From Savitreella phatthalungensis (Eukaryota), in assembly GCA_051599415.1 (NCBI GenBank), contig AP039698.1, forward strand, positions 310,001 through 374,000: 64,000 nucleotides of DNA, in the 5' to 3' direction. Shown here piece by piece: positions 10,600 through 22,088 of the stretch; position 1 is the stretch's first letter, and every line of letters begins with the position of its first letter. The notes below the pieces were generated by a model. It was not told the DNA's origin, did not search any database, and worked only from the letters and a program-made list of their open reading frames with translations. The position numbers were made by a program, and so were the translations under genes.

Positions 10600-13171
10600 A
10601 TAAATGAAATCTCCAGGGTAAAGTATGGGACCGATGTGAAGCGCTCTAACCAGCAACTTGGATCTATGCCTCTGTCGTCTCTGTCGTGTGTCCGCCGAGA
10701 GTGAGCTTGTGAGAGGGAGATTGGAAGTGAGAATGTGAGAGAGGGCAAAGAGGGAGGTTGATAGGGCTATGGGTGATGGATGGGCACAAGGCGGAGGATT
10801 ACACTGGATGTGACTGTGTAGCTGGTTATGGTTGTGAAGGTGGAGGGTGAGGCTGAGGGTGAGGGTGTGTACGTGGAGTGACATGCCGTGGCTTTGATTT
10901 GAATCCAAAATGAATTGATAAACAGATTAGATGAATGCATGGATATCAATACACTGTACTGCATGGGTGGTACAGTACAACGAAATCCAGTCCACTCCAC
11001 TCAAGATTAGTCAAGTCAGGTCCAGTCAAGTCAAGCCCAGTTCAGTCGATTACAGTCTAACCATTTTGACCGCCAGAAGCACCGGTCCAAACAGTTTACA
11101 GGTGCGGGTATATTCGGCGCTGATCAGCTTATCATGTTTACAGAATAGTCTGGTTACTCCGTTACCAAGTTCTTTCCGGTTTATGCGCTTTGTGGTCACT
11201 GCATTTAAATTGCCCAAGTGCTTTCAACCTGGTACAAACACAAACCCTCTGAGAGCTACAGAAAGGTAAACCAGCACAACTCTGATTTGGCTGTGGGTTG
11301 CTCTAAGCTGTGTCAACACTCGGATAAACTTCAGGCTCGACGGGACAAATGGATCGCCAATTCTGTTTGGGTCTGCTCAAAGTTGCGGGATCCAGTCATT
11401 CGTACCAGCGCGTGAGTGGGTGACCGTTCCCAGTTACTCGATCGTACATCCCGATCGAACTCCACTTTTCCATGCCACGCGGGCTTCCCATGTCAATGGT
11501 TCAAATCTATCACGAGTGAAAACTTGGTAAAAGATCGGTTTCATGTTCAGATCCCGCTACGTAGAACTGGTTTCACGGATCTCTGCCTCTTCACAGCGCC
11601 TTCACGCGATGAACTCAGCCTGAATTCGATCGACGCTTAAGCTGATTTGAACGCAACTCGGGATTTCTGATGCTTGTTCAACACGATTGGATAATCATTC
11701 TACACATGTAAACAGTAATCGTTAAACAGTCCTTCTCTTTTGACCCCTCGTCCGTCCTAAACACACACTGGAGCTCTTCTTGCTAGCTTGGGTGGGGAAA
11801 TGGGAAGTGGAGCCCTGCCTTCTAATTGGATATCCAGCCGATTGGGAGGAGCCCAACTGAGTAGATAGCATTCCTATTTCCCACCTATCTTCATCCTCCG
11901 ATCAAGATAGGTGGTTCGAAGACCACGAGCTGAGCTCTCTCTGCAACCTGACATTGACTGACATTGCCAAATCGCTCCTCCTCTCTCTCCCTCTAACCTG
12001 TGCTTGGACACAGTAAAGGATAGGAACAAGAATTGGAAACCCCCCCTGTCGATCAATGTCCTTGGAATCATCAGAGCGAGGATTAAGGCTGGCTACAATG
12101 ACATCGTTCTCAGAACTCGAGTACCAGAGATAAGCTCGCTTCATCACCTTATTAATGTTCCAGCAGAGCCTCGGATCGACCAGTCTTTTAGATAGATTAT
12201 GATTGTTAAGTCGTTCTACCGTGCTTCAGACCCAGTACAGATCTGCTCCACTTTGCAAGAGCAGGTGGTTCAAGTCGTTGCGGAGTTGCTGTGCATCCTA
12301 TATCAGGAGACAGAATGCACGATGAACTATCTTTTGTCAATCAGGCCATCGGTCTATACCAGATAATAAACCCAGTGCTGTACAGTTCGTCAATCATTTA
12401 CGGCGATGCAGACTACGTACTTATCATCTGGTGACCTGGTCAATCAGCGCTCACAATTCTGCTGACCAGAGCACGTGAATAATGACTAGTCGGGATCACG
12501 TTGTTATCCCCTTCTGACTCGTGACTGAGTCAGTTGTCGCTCTCAGCAAGAAACGCCACCACATCTAGCTTGCAAGGAAAAAGGAAGAAGTTAGCGTTCG
12601 AGTGGAAAGATGCACAGCCAGTGGGATGGATATTCATCATGATCAATCCACAGTATACTGTAGTCTCCGATCGAATGGAGGATTTGAGAAGATATGCAGG
12701 TCGGAAGGTTTGAATCCCCGATCGTTAGGCAGAAATGCACGAACCGCCAGCGATCAATATTTGAATTGATTTTTTTATATAAAAAATTAATATTGACATT
12801 CGATCTGCTATTACGTGCGTCTACGTAGTTTCAAAACATACTCGAGATCCTTCTCCTCCTCACGTGGACACACGATTTTTCAAATTTTGATCCACATATG
12901 CAGCCGAGATCTTTGTCTGTCTACAGCCAGGACAGAAAACAGGGCCTTCAAAGCATAGGAGAACAAGGGCTACTTGAATGCACAGTACAGGGGAGCGCGC
13001 CTAAACAGCAATCTAACATCGTCATTATCAGCTCCCGTCATCCTTGCCAGACACCGGTGCTTAGAAGCCAGAGTCGCTGGGCCGGCCAACTCGTCCTTGC
13101 TTCTATTACGTTGACGACAAGCTGAGAGAAGGCAATATCTACCCTACCTCTCAGGAAAAGCTTCACAGAAT

Positions 13172-15649
13172 ATGGCGCCGTCAGAGAACGCGCCAAGTCA
13201 GGCCAATGTCCAATCTAATCAACTCCCAAGTCTTACATCACAATTTCCACCAACAGCACCGCGCAACTCCATGTCTATTCACTCCCTCCTCGGTGGTTCC
13301 TCATCGCGCGACAACGAGCCGGCTCCACCACCCCGTTTCGCTCCAGAACCAAGACAGGGCCCTGTCTCGCCAACTGCGAGTCGAAATCCGCCACCACACC
13401 TGCAGTCGCCCTATGCTGCCGGTAACGGAGCCTTCTCACAGAGTGCACATGGAGCCACCCTTCCTCCACCACCGCCGACCTTTGGTGCGATCAAGGAAGA
13501 GCACTCGGGCGCAGGTTACAGGCCTCCGGATGAGCGCTATCAGCAGCGACCACCACTCCAGTTTCAACAGCAGGGACCTCCGCCTTCGCATCCATCACAC
13601 TCCCAGCAACAGCAGACATCGTCGCAGCCGACTACTCAGCGAGACGGGCCTCCTCTACAATATGACCACTACGGCCCACCTCGGCCGGACTATGGAGCCG
13701 GGCCGCCGGGTGCTCCGCCGAGCACCTTACCTCCATCACAGCAACATATGCACCAGCACCATCATCAGCACCACCCTCAGCAGCACCACTATACATATCC
13801 CCCACGACCCAATTACAACGAACACGACCGAGATCGTGTCCCGCTACCACCCCGGGTGCCGGACTATGAGCGCGAATATGGACCCCGCCGCGTTGACAAC
13901 GGAGCCCATGGATCTGGACCAGTACCTGCGCAGCCTCAATCGACAGTGGCCCCTCCTCAATCAGCTCCAGCTACGGGCGTCACATCGACACAAGCGACTG
14001 TGCCAGTATCAGCACCTGCATCTACACCCGCCCAAGCACCATCATCTGCTCCTACGGCTCGGCAGACCGCTGCGGCGAAAAAGCGTGAGGAGCGAATACC
14101 CGTCTCGCAGCAACCGCTTGAGAAGCGTATGCACCACTTCGAGCCGCCGTCTGCCTCGCAGCAGTCTTCTACCATCCCACCGGCCGGCAACACAGTGACC
14201 TCATCCCATAAGCAGGCACCACAACAGGCTGCTCCTTTACACAGCGTCTTTCGAAAGGCCAATGTCATTGTCAACTCGCTCAGAGTATTCGAAGAAGCAA
14301 AGCTCTACCCTGAATGCAAGCTGGGCACTTGGACCTACGATCCGACAGTCCGGCTACCATTCAAGCTACGCGTCAACGCAGTGTTCGATGTGCTCCTGCC
14401 CAGACGCTATCTCCTGGAGGAGCACAATCACGCGATTCGCCGCCGCAAAGTCTGGGGTACAGACATCTACACGGACGACTCCGACATCGCCGCTATGCTT
14501 CTTCACGCGATCGCCGAGCAGCGAATGCCCAGACACGGCGATCTGCTCTTAAAAGTCCGAGTCATGCCCAGGCTGCTCCGTTACAAAGGCACGATGAAGA
14601 ATACGCTACGATCACGTGGCTGGAATGCACCACATGATGGTCTCTCATTATTCCTGGAGAATGTCCAGCAAGGGCATCACCGAGACGAGGTAAAGGGCAT
14701 CGGGTTCGCGAAGCGCAAGTTGCAGGAAGATCTAGAGCTTCGCAGAGTCTCAGCCAAGTTCGATTCGGTCGTCAACTGTGACTGGCGTCCAACAAAATTC
14801 CGCAAGACAGATAGAGATCACCCTTCCAACGCTGCAGCGCCGACGGCCGATAAATCGGCATCAGACACTCCAGCCACGACGATGGACGTGGCCTCATCTG
14901 CGCAGCCGGAAGCCGCCGACACCGAGGATGAAATGGAAGAGGACATCACTGCACCGACGCCAAAACCAGGAACCTCGCTACCGGCGCAGCAGCCACAACA
15001 CGATGCAGATGTAACAGTCGATGCGGATGATCAAAGCACTGAGGCTGCCGAAGAAAGCATCATCCTATCAGCACAGGCCGACAAATCGACCGATCCGCCT
15101 CCCGCTGGCTCTACTGACATCTTGCCTGATGATTTGAGCAACGACAAGCCCGGACCTGACCCGGCTGCAGATCCCGATGTCGGGCTGAATTCAGTGAAGC
15201 CAGATGTTGAGGATGCGAAGAAGCACGGCAATCACATCGAGCAAGAGGCGGCAGAGGCCGAGCAGAAAGGCGAGGTTGAGCTTGCGGACGTTCCCTTGCC
15301 ACAGCAGCCTGAGCCAAGGTCTTTACCCAAAGCCGACTCAATCGAGGTCGAGCTACCTTCGTCGACGGAGAAAGCTGCAGAAAAACCATCACAGAAATCT
15401 GTCGAGACACCGGAAAAGACTACGACGGACTCAATCCCAGCCGAGAACTCGGCTTCGAAGAAGTCAGATGACGGACCTGCCGAGATGACAGCTGACTCAG
15501 CCGCCAAACTCGATCGCGAAGCCGCTTCTGCTATCGGTGTCAAAGCTATTGATGCCGCGAAGACTGGCAATGAAGCTGTCGAGCAGACTGCCGCCGTTGC
15601 GACAGCCCTCGAGGAAGATCTCAAGAGCAACCGCGAGACAGCTTCGTAG
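13172..15649 (+). CDS. RXT3: Rpd3L/Clr6 histone deacetylase complex subunit Rxt3-like protein
   Basis: RRKVWGTDIYTDDSDI...Y.GT....LRSRGW...HDGLS Rxt3 core flanked by Pro/Gln/His-rich and acidic low-complexity regions. Confidence 0.85.
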   Translation: MAPSENAPSQANVQSNQLPSLTSQFPPTAPRNSMSIHSLLGGSSSRDNEPAPPPRFAPEPRQGPVSPTASRNPPPHLQSPYAAGNGAFSQSAHGATLPPPPPTFGAIKEEHSGAGYRPPDERYQQRPPLQFQQQGPPPSHPSHSQQQQTSSQPTTQRDGPPLQYDHYGPPRPDYGAGPPGAPPSTLPPSQQHMHQHHHQHHPQQHHYTYPPRPNYNEHDRDRVPLPPRVPDYEREYGPRRVDNGAHGSGPVPAQPQSTVAPPQSAPATGVTSTQATVPVSAPASTPAQAPSSAPTARQTAAAKKREERIPVSQQPLEKRMHHFEPPSASQQSSTIPPAGNTVTSSHKQAPQQAAPLHSVFRKANVIVNSLRVFEEAKLYPECKLGTWTYDPTVRLPFKLRVNAVFDVLLPRRYLLEEHNHAIRRRKVWGTDIYTDDSDIAAMLLHAIAEQRMPRHGDLLLKVRVMPRLLRYKGTMKNTLRSRGWNAPHDGLSLFLENVQQGHHRDEVKGIGFAKRKLQEDLELRRVSAKFDSVVNCDWRPTKFRKTDRDHPSNAAAPTADKSASDTPATTMDVASSAQPEAADTEDEMEEDITAPTPKPGTSLPAQQPQHDADVTVDADDQSTEAAEESIILSAQADKSTDPPPAGSTDILPDDLSNDKPGPDPAADPDVGLNSVKPDVEDAKKHGNHIEQEAAEAEQKGEVELADVPLPQQPEPRSLPKADSIEVELPSSTEKAAEKPSQKSVETPEKTTTDSIPAENSASKKSDDGPAEMTADSAAKLDREAASAIGVKAIDAAKTGNEAVEQTAAVATALEEDLKSNRETAS

Positions 15650-15842
15650 ATTTCAATCTTTGTGCATCGCCAAAGTAAATTTCCCTTAAAGACCTCTCTG
15701 ACAAGTGTCACGTGAAAATCCGTGCCTGTACTATCCTATCTCCATATCACTCCTCGTTGATCTTCACAAAGACGTAGCGGTCGTCCTGACGTCACGTATA
15801 AGGGCTGACGCGCTTCTGCGCGTACTCATCAGATCCAGGAAG

Positions 15843-17594
15843 ATGTCGACGGCGTCAGCCACCGCTGTTCCAGCGGCTTCCGAGGCTAGAAACGTCTCAG
15901 TTCCGAGCCCGCAGCAACCGGTGCCGGTGACAGAAGGCAGCGCGACCATCCTCTTCCCATCACCGCGAGACGTCTTTTACAATCCGGTCCAACAGTTCAA
16001 TCGCGATCTATCAACCCTGGCAATTCGGACGTGGTCACACGGATTCCTTGCAGCCAAGACAGCAGCAGCACAGAAACGCACGGCCGGCCGTGGGAAGAAG
16101 AGAAAGCGCGGGGAGAAGCAGGAAGAAGACGTCTCGACAACTGTGCCTCAAGACACGAATGGTGTACACACGCCTGATGTGCCTCAGCAGACATTCACCA
16201 TCCTCGAGGCTCTGTCAGCCACGGGACTAAGAGCTATCCGATACGCTCAGGAGATCCCAAATGTCGAGTACGTGCTGGCGAACGATCTGTCGACGAAAGC
16301 AGTCGCACAGATCAGGCGGAACTGCGATGACGAGCGGAACTCCGACGTGGCCAGGCGCGTCGTGCGCCCTCACGAAGGAGACGCTCGAGTGGTGATGTAC
16401 AAGGCGCTTGCGCCGAAGGACAGATTCGACGTTGTCGATCTCGACCCGTACGGATCCGCGGCACCATTCCTCGACGGTGCCGTTCAGAGCGTCAGCGACG
16501 GCGGCCTCCTGCTCGTCACATGCACAGATCTCGCAGTCCTAGCAGGCGATTCCCATCCTGAAAAATGCTTCAGCCAGTACGGCGGAGCAAACGTACGGCA
16601 GTCTGAATTCTGCCACGAGCTCGCGCTCCGTCTATTGATCAACAGCATCCGGCAGCATGCTGCTCGGTACGGCCGGACTGTGACGCCGCTGCTGTCCTTG
16701 TCGATCGACTTCTACATCCGGGTGTTTGTGCGGGTGGAGACGTCGGCCAAGGCCGTCAAGCGGCTTGCCTCAGAGACCTCGCTCGTGTACGCGTGTACGG
16801 GCTGCAGGTCGTACACGCTACAGCCCATGGGTGTCTGCCGTGGGCCCCCATCCGATGCGAAGCCCGGGACCGAGCCACGATTCACCCACGCCTCCGCCAG
16901 AAACGCCCGCGACAAGTGCGACCACTGCGGCTTCCCGACGCAAGTCGGTGGCCCCATGTACGACGGCCCCCTCCACGACCCAGACTTCTGCACCCTCGTC
17001 CTGGCCGAGTCCGCTTCAGCGGCGTCCGAGGACGCCGCCCGCGAATCGCGCGGCCACCCTCCATGGTACGCTGCCACGCGCGCACGCGTCGCTGGCATGG
17101 TGTCGCTCGCGATCGAGGAGAACTCCCTGCCCTCCCTCCTCTACGCCCTGCCCCGCCTCGCAAAGACCTTCCACACCCAGCAACCCCCCTTCAAGCAATT
17201 CCTCTCCGCCTTCCTCAACGCCAACCACAAAGTCTCAGGCTCTCACACCAAACCAGCAGCCCTCAAAACCACAGCCCCCTCATCGTTCATCTGGGACGTC
17301 ATGCGCGCCTGGATCGCCAGGCACGCACCCGTTAAGAAATCAGCACTGTCTCCGACCAACGCAGGCTGGAATATCCTATTTGGTCAAGGTGTACCGCAGT
17401 CAGATGAAGGTCGGGAGTATCTAGAGGTCGTGGACAAGTTTCCACACATCGATTTCACTATCCATCCGGACGCGGAACTCCGCACGAAGAAGCAGGGACT
17501 CGTCAGGTACCAGGACAACCCTACGGACAATTGGGGACCCAAGGTGAGAGCACGCGGACCTGATGAACGTCGTGGCGGAGGTGGACGATCGTAG
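15843..17594 (+). CDS. TRM1: tRNA (guanine26-N2)-dimethyltransferase
   Basis: VFYNPVQQFNRDLS, ILEALSATGLRAIRY, DLDPYGS, CTDLAVL, NWGPK; first ATG at 15843. Confidence 0.95.
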   Translation: MSTASATAVPAASEARNVSVPSPQQPVPVTEGSATILFPSPRDVFYNPVQQFNRDLSTLAIRTWSHGFLAAKTAAAQKRTAGRGKKRKRGEKQEEDVSTTVPQDTNGVHTPDVPQQTFTILEALSATGLRAIRYAQEIPNVEYVLANDLSTKAVAQIRRNCDDERNSDVARRVVRPHEGDARVVMYKALAPKDRFDVVDLDPYGSAAPFLDGAVQSVSDGGLLLVTCTDLAVLAGDSHPEKCFSQYGGANVRQSEFCHELALRLLINSIRQHAARYGRTVTPLLSLSIDFYIRVFVRVETSAKAVKRLASETSLVYACTGCRSYTLQPMGVCRGPPSDAKPGTEPRFTHASARNARDKCDHCGFPTQVGGPMYDGPLHDPDFCTLVLAESASAASEDAARESRGHPPWYAATRARVAGMVSLAIEENSLPSLLYALPRLAKTFHTQQPPFKQFLSAFLNANHKVSGSHTKPAALKTTAPSSFIWDVMRAWIARHAPVKKSALSPTNAGWNILFGQGVPQSDEGREYLEVVDKFPHIDFTIHPDAELRTKKQGLVRYQDNPTDNWGPKVRARGPDERRGGGGRS

Positions 17595-17648
17595 ATACGG
17601 GGAGGAATGAATGCGTACGTTTGTATTGTGCTATGGTGGTGTAGGTTT

Positions 17649-19850
17649 TTAGAAACGTAGTTCCCAACCGATCTTGGGACCTAGTTTGGGGAGAGCTTCA
17701 GCGACAGATTGGACGTCCTTGTCACCTCTGCCGGAGAGGCAGATGACGAGGTCCTTGTCTGGTCCGAGTTCCTTGGCGAGATCGATCGCGCCCCAGACCG
17801 CGTGAGCGGACTCGAGTGCGGGAATGATGCCCTCGACCTGCGACAGCAGTCTGAAACCTTCGAGAGCCTGAGCGTCAGTGCACGCTCTGAACTCTGCACG
17901 CTCGGAGTCCTTCCAGGACGAGAGTTCGGGACCGACACCAGGGTAGTCGAGACCGGCGGAGATGGAGTGGGTGTCGAGGATCTGGCCCTCGCGGTCCTGG
18001 AGGACGTAAGTCCTGACGCCGTGGAAGACGCCCTTGGAGCCCCGGGTGAGGGTGGCAGAGTGTCGTTGGGTATCAACACCGTCACCGCCAGCCTCGATAC
18101 CCACAAGTCGAACTGACTTGTCCTCGCTGAATGGGTGGAACATGCCTGTCGAGTTCGACCCACCACCGACACACGCAATCACTGCGTCGGGAAGCTTGCC
18201 AGCTAGCTCCTGCATCTGCTGCTTCGTCTCACGTCCAATCACGGACTGGAAGGTCCGGACGAGGGTTGGGAACGGGTGTGGGCCGATGGCGGACCCGATG
18301 ATGTAGTGTGTGGTGTGGAGGTTGGTGACCCAGGCGCGCATCGCTTCGTTGACGGCATCTCTGAGCGTCCGCGTGCCGGCCTCAACAGCCACAACCTGAG
18401 CGCCTAGCAGCTTCATGCGGAAGACGTTCAGAGCCTGCCGGCGCACGTCCTCTGCACCCATGTACACTGTGCACTTCATTCCGAGCTTGGCCGCGACAGT
18501 TGCCGTCGCCACACCGTGCTGACCTGCACCTGTCTCGGCTAGGAGCTCGTTCTTGCCGAGCCGGCGTGCAAGAAGTGCTTGTCCGAGGGCGTTGTTGATC
18601 TTATGTGATCCTGTGTGGTTGAGGTCCTCGCGCTTCAGCCAGATCCGTGCACCACCCACGTGCTTAGTGAGGTTGTCGGCAAGCTGAAGAGACGAAGGAC
18701 GAGACATGTATGGGTAGTATGATCGGAACTCGGCCCAGAAGGACTCGTCCACGAGAGCACGCTGCCATTCAGCGTCCAGCTCCGCGAGACAGTCCATCAG
18801 TGACTCGGGCACGTATTGTCCGCCGAACTCACCGAATCGGCCTGGCACGAAGACTGCAGCGCTCGAGTTCGACGGCAGGTTGCCTCCGAGGGCGGCAAAC
18901 TGGTCACCGAGGTTGTTCAAGTCGCTGGAGTCGTTCTTCCTGTCAGCGTCTGTGATGACCTTGGATGGTGTGGCCTGCTGGCGCTCAAGCGCCGCATCAA
19001 CCGTCTCGACCATGCCGACCTCCCGGGTATCGATCTGCGGGTTGGCAGAGTCACGACCGCAGACCTCAGCACAGTACTTTTCGATAGCAGCCACAGCGCC
19101 CTCTGCACCTGTCTCCTCTATGATGCTGATGATCTTTGAGCCGATGACAACGGCATCAGCGACTTCAGCCACTGATAGGAAGTGGTCTCGTGTGTTTACA
19201 CCAAAGCCGACTGCCAATGGCGTCTTTGTCGTGTATCGGCGAATGCGAGTGATGATCTCGGGCAGAGAGGTATTGACAGCGCCCGTGGCAGATGAGCCGG
19301 TCGTACCCATCCGCGAGACAACGTAGATGAAAGAGTCTGCGATCTTGCTCAGAATCTCGATACGCTTCTCTGTCGTCGCTGGTGAGATCAATGGCACGTA
19401 TGAGAGGCCGTGGCTTGTGCAAAGACCTCTGAAGGCAATTGCCTCCTCTGGCGGTAGGTCGACCAGAATGAATCCACTGACGCCGGAAGCCTTTGCCTTG
19501 AGCACCAGCTTCTCCTCACCGTACATGAGAAGTGGGTTGTAGTACCCCATGAGGATGATTGGTACAGTCACGCCGAGCTTGCGTGCACGGTCGACCATGT
19601 CAAAGTATGTAGTGAGAGTGACACCCTGCTTGAGGGCGATTGTGTTTGCTCGTACGATGGTTGGACCATCTGCGAGTGCATCTGTAAAAGGTAGACCGAG
19701 CTCGATGATGTCACTGCCACCCTTCTGCATGGCAAGCATGATCTCTGGCGTAGCATCGATCGTTGGGAATCCCGCAGTTGTGAAAGTAATGAGAGCCTTC
19801 CTGCCTGCCTTGTGGGCGGCATCAAAGGCTGATCTGATATGCGCCGACAT
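17649..19850 (-). CDS. TRP5: Tryptophan synthase (fused alpha-beta)
   Basis: Alpha: [16 protein letters not shown]; beta: [37 protein letters not shown]. Confidence 0.98.
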   Translation of the reverse strand: MSAHIRSAFDAAHKAGRKALITFTTAGFPTIDATPEIMLAMQKGGSDIIELGLPFTDALADGPTIVRANTIALKQGVTLTTYFDMVDRARKLGVTVPIILMGYYNPLLMYGEEKLVLKAKASGVSGFILVDLPPEEAIAFRGLCTSHGLSYVPLISPATTEKRIEILSKIADSFIYVVSRMGTTGSSATGAVNTSLPEIITRIRRYTTKTPLAVGFGVNTRDHFLSVAEVADAVVIGSKIISIIEETGAEGAVAAIEKYCAEVCGRDSANPQIDTREVGMVETVDAALERQQATPSKVITDADRKNDSSDLNNLGDQFAALGGNLPSNSSAAVFVPGRFGEFGGQYVPESLMDCLAELDAEWQRALVDESFWAEFRSYYPYMSRPSSLQLADNLTKHVGGARIWLKREDLNHTGSHKINNALGQALLARRLGKNELLAETGAGQHGVATATVAAKLGMKCTVYMGAEDVRRQALNVFRMKLLGAQVVAVEAGTRTLRDAVNEAMRAWVTNLHTTHYIIGSAIGPHPFPTLVRTFQSVIGRETKQQMQELAGKLPDAVIACVGGGSNSTGMFHPFSEDKSVRLVGIEAGGDGVDTQRHSATLTRGSKGVFHGVRTYVLQDREGQILDTHSISAGLDYPGVGPELSSWKDSERAEFRACTDAQALEGFRLLSQVEGIIPALESAHAVWGAIDLAKELGPDKDLVICLSGRGDKDVQSVAEALPKLGPKIGWELRF

Positions 19851-20074
19851 GCTCTATCAGTAGCCTCTATGAATGACGACACTCTCTCTGTTCTTAGGTA
19901 AGAGAGTATGAAGACAGTAGTGTTGTGACTAGCGTGATAGACGGAGGAGAGTAGGTGGTTGTGGTAGTGTAGATGGTAGTAGTGGATTGATGAGTAAGTT
20001 GGTCTATTAGAGTGTTCTTGCCTCGTATGATTTGATGAACATTTTTCCTTCATCATAATTTCTGATTACTCAAG

Positions 20075-20187
20075 CACGTGCACAGTCTAGCTGACTCAGC
20101 CACGTGACTTGCATCAGAAGACTCATCTCCAATGCACGTGACCTGAGGTAGCATTGCTATAGACACGTGATAGCATTGCTACACGTG
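20075..20187. promoter_or_regulatory. Cluster of five CACGTG E-boxes plus a TGACTCA (Gcn4/AP-1-type) site in the TRP5/phosphomutase divergent promoter
   Basis: CACGTG at 20075, 20101, 20135, 20164, 20182; TGACTCA at 20092. Confidence 0.65.
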
Positions 20188-20333
20188 ATCCCACAGATGG
20201 GTTTGCGGAGCCCGGTCACATGTCACTTTTGGACTCTCATATGCATATGCAGTGTGTCCAGAGTCCTCTCGGCCATGTCCGACGTCCTTTAGCAGTCATC
20301 TACACAACAATGCTCTATCTATAGACTGCAGTG

Positions 20334-22088
20334 ATGACTCTTTTGGAAGCTGTAGACAGCTACCTCAGTCGCTGTTTCAATGAGAACGACAAGACAGAGA
20401 TACAGAAGCTCAAAGATGCAGGTGATGAGGATGAACTTCGGAGGAGAATGTTGCCACGAATCAGCTTTGGTACATCCGGACTACGCGGTGCTGTCCAGCC
20501 AGGATTCGCTAGAATGGACGATCTCACAGTCTATCAAGCATCGCGAGGACTTGCCAAATACCTCTTGAGCACACTTGGATCAGACATTGCTCGTCGTCGA
20601 GGTGTTGTTGTTGGACACGATCATCGGCACGGGTCAGACTCGTTTGCCAGTATCACAGAACGGGTCTTCTTGCATGAAGGCTTCACAGTGTACCGATTCG
20701 GTAGACTGGTGCATACTCCACTCGTGCCGTTCTCTGTTCGTGAGCTCGGCGCAGCGGCTGGCGTCATGATCACTGCATCTCACAACCCCAAGCAGGATAA
20801 CGGCTACAAGGTCTATTACGAGAATGGCTGTGCTATCATCCCACCACACGACCACGGCATCAGCTCGGAAATCGACCGTTGTGCCCGGGAAGACCCTCTA
20901 GAGCCGCTAGTGGCAGAAAGCACAGCCTCTGCGCAGCTCATCTTCGATAAGGTCTATCCTGAGTACCAGACGCGCGTTGATAAACTCATTGGCACTGTAC
21001 AAGGATCGCTGTCAGTTGTATATACCCCTATGCATGGTGTGGGACTGCCATATGCACATGATCTTGCCAGCAGACTGGGCGTGCAGTTGCTGCCAGTGCC
21101 AGAACAAGCACAGCCTGACCCCGAGTTCTCTACTGTCAAGTTTCCAAATCCTGAGGAGGCAGGTGCACTCGATATGGCCCTCGCTCTTGCTGATAAAGAA
21201 GGTATCTCTGTCGTGGTGGCAAATGACCCGGATGCTGATCGCTTTTGCTTTGCCGAGCGCGGTAAATCCGGATGGCGGCTCTTCACCGGCAATGAGATTG
21301 GCTGCCTGCTTGCCAAGGAACTTTTACCGAAAGACAAATCCAAGGCAGCCTGTCTGTCATCCGCGGTCTCCTCGCGAGCCCTCGAGAGCATGTGCAAGAA
21401 GGAGGGTATTCACTGGGAAGAGACATTGACAGGCTTCAAGTGGCTCGGCAATCGCGCACTCGACCTGAAGCAGCAGGGATTTACCGTCTCGTTTGCATAC
21501 GAAGAAGCCCTCGGCTACATGCCGGGAGACAGTACCGATGGTCCATTTGTGTACGATAAAGATGGTGTTCTCACGCTCGGCGTCTTCCTCAGACTTGCTT
21601 CCCGTCTCTATGCAAATGGCAAGACGGTCAGTGATGCATTGACAAGTTTCTATGACGAGTATGGTAGCTTCGGCAGCCAGAACTCCTACTTCCGCGTCAG
21701 CGATCCGAAGCTGCTGTCTCAGGTCATGTCCACGCTGCGCTCGCCATACAAGGAGACCATGCAGCTTGAAGAGTCAACCCGGTTGAGAGTCACACGTGTG
21801 CGAGATCTCACCACGGGCTATGATTCGGCCACGCATGACAAGATGCCACAGCTACCGGTAAGTGCCAGCAGCGAGATGATCACGTTCTGGCTCGGATCAG
21901 AAGTCCCGGGCGATCTTGATTGGGCTGTGCTCACTATCCGAGGCAGCGGAACGGAACCAAAACTGAAGTACTATATCGAAGCTCGCACCACAAGCACCGT
22001 CGAGCACGCAACCGCGATTGCACGCCAAGTAGAAGCCGGCCTCTGCGCGTGGCTCGCAGACTTCCGGCTCGAAAGAGCCAATTTATAA
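20334..22088 (+). CDS. Phosphoglucomutase/phosphopentomutase (PGM2/Prm15 type)
   Basis: FGTSGLRG, ITASHNP phosphoserine loop, DPDADR metal loop, TLTGFKW, EEALG, RGSGTEPKLKYY. Confidence 0.93.
   Translation: MTLLEAVDSYLSRCFNENDKTEIQKLKDAGDEDELRRRMLPRISFGTSGLRGAVQPGFARMDDLTVYQASRGLAKYLLSTLGSDIARRRGVVVGHDHRHGSDSFASITERVFLHEGFTVYRFGRLVHTPLVPFSVRELGAAAGVMITASHNPKQDNGYKVYYENGCAIIPPHDHGISSEIDRCAREDPLEPLVAESTASAQLIFDKVYPEYQTRVDKLIGTVQGSLSVVYTPMHGVGLPYAHDLASRLGVQLLPVPEQAQPDPEFSTVKFPNPEEAGALDMALALADKEGISVVVANDPDADRFCFAERGKSGWRLFTGNEIGCLLAKELLPKDKSKAACLSSAVSSRALESMCKKEGIHWEETLTGFKWLGNRALDLKQQGFTVSFAYEEALGYMPGDSTDGPFVYDKDGVLTLGVFLRLASRLYANGKTVSDALTSFYDEYGSFGSQNSYFRVSDPKLLSQVMSTLRSPYKETMQLEESTRLRVTRVRDLTTGYDSATHDKMPQLPVSASSEMITFWLGSEVPGDLDWAVLTIRGSGTEPKLKYYIEARTTSTVEHATAIARQVEAGLCAWLADFRLERANL

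Noticed and set aside
10410..11000. Short His/Ser-rich ORFs upstream of the permease
   Set aside because: Translations of simple repeats with no coding signal
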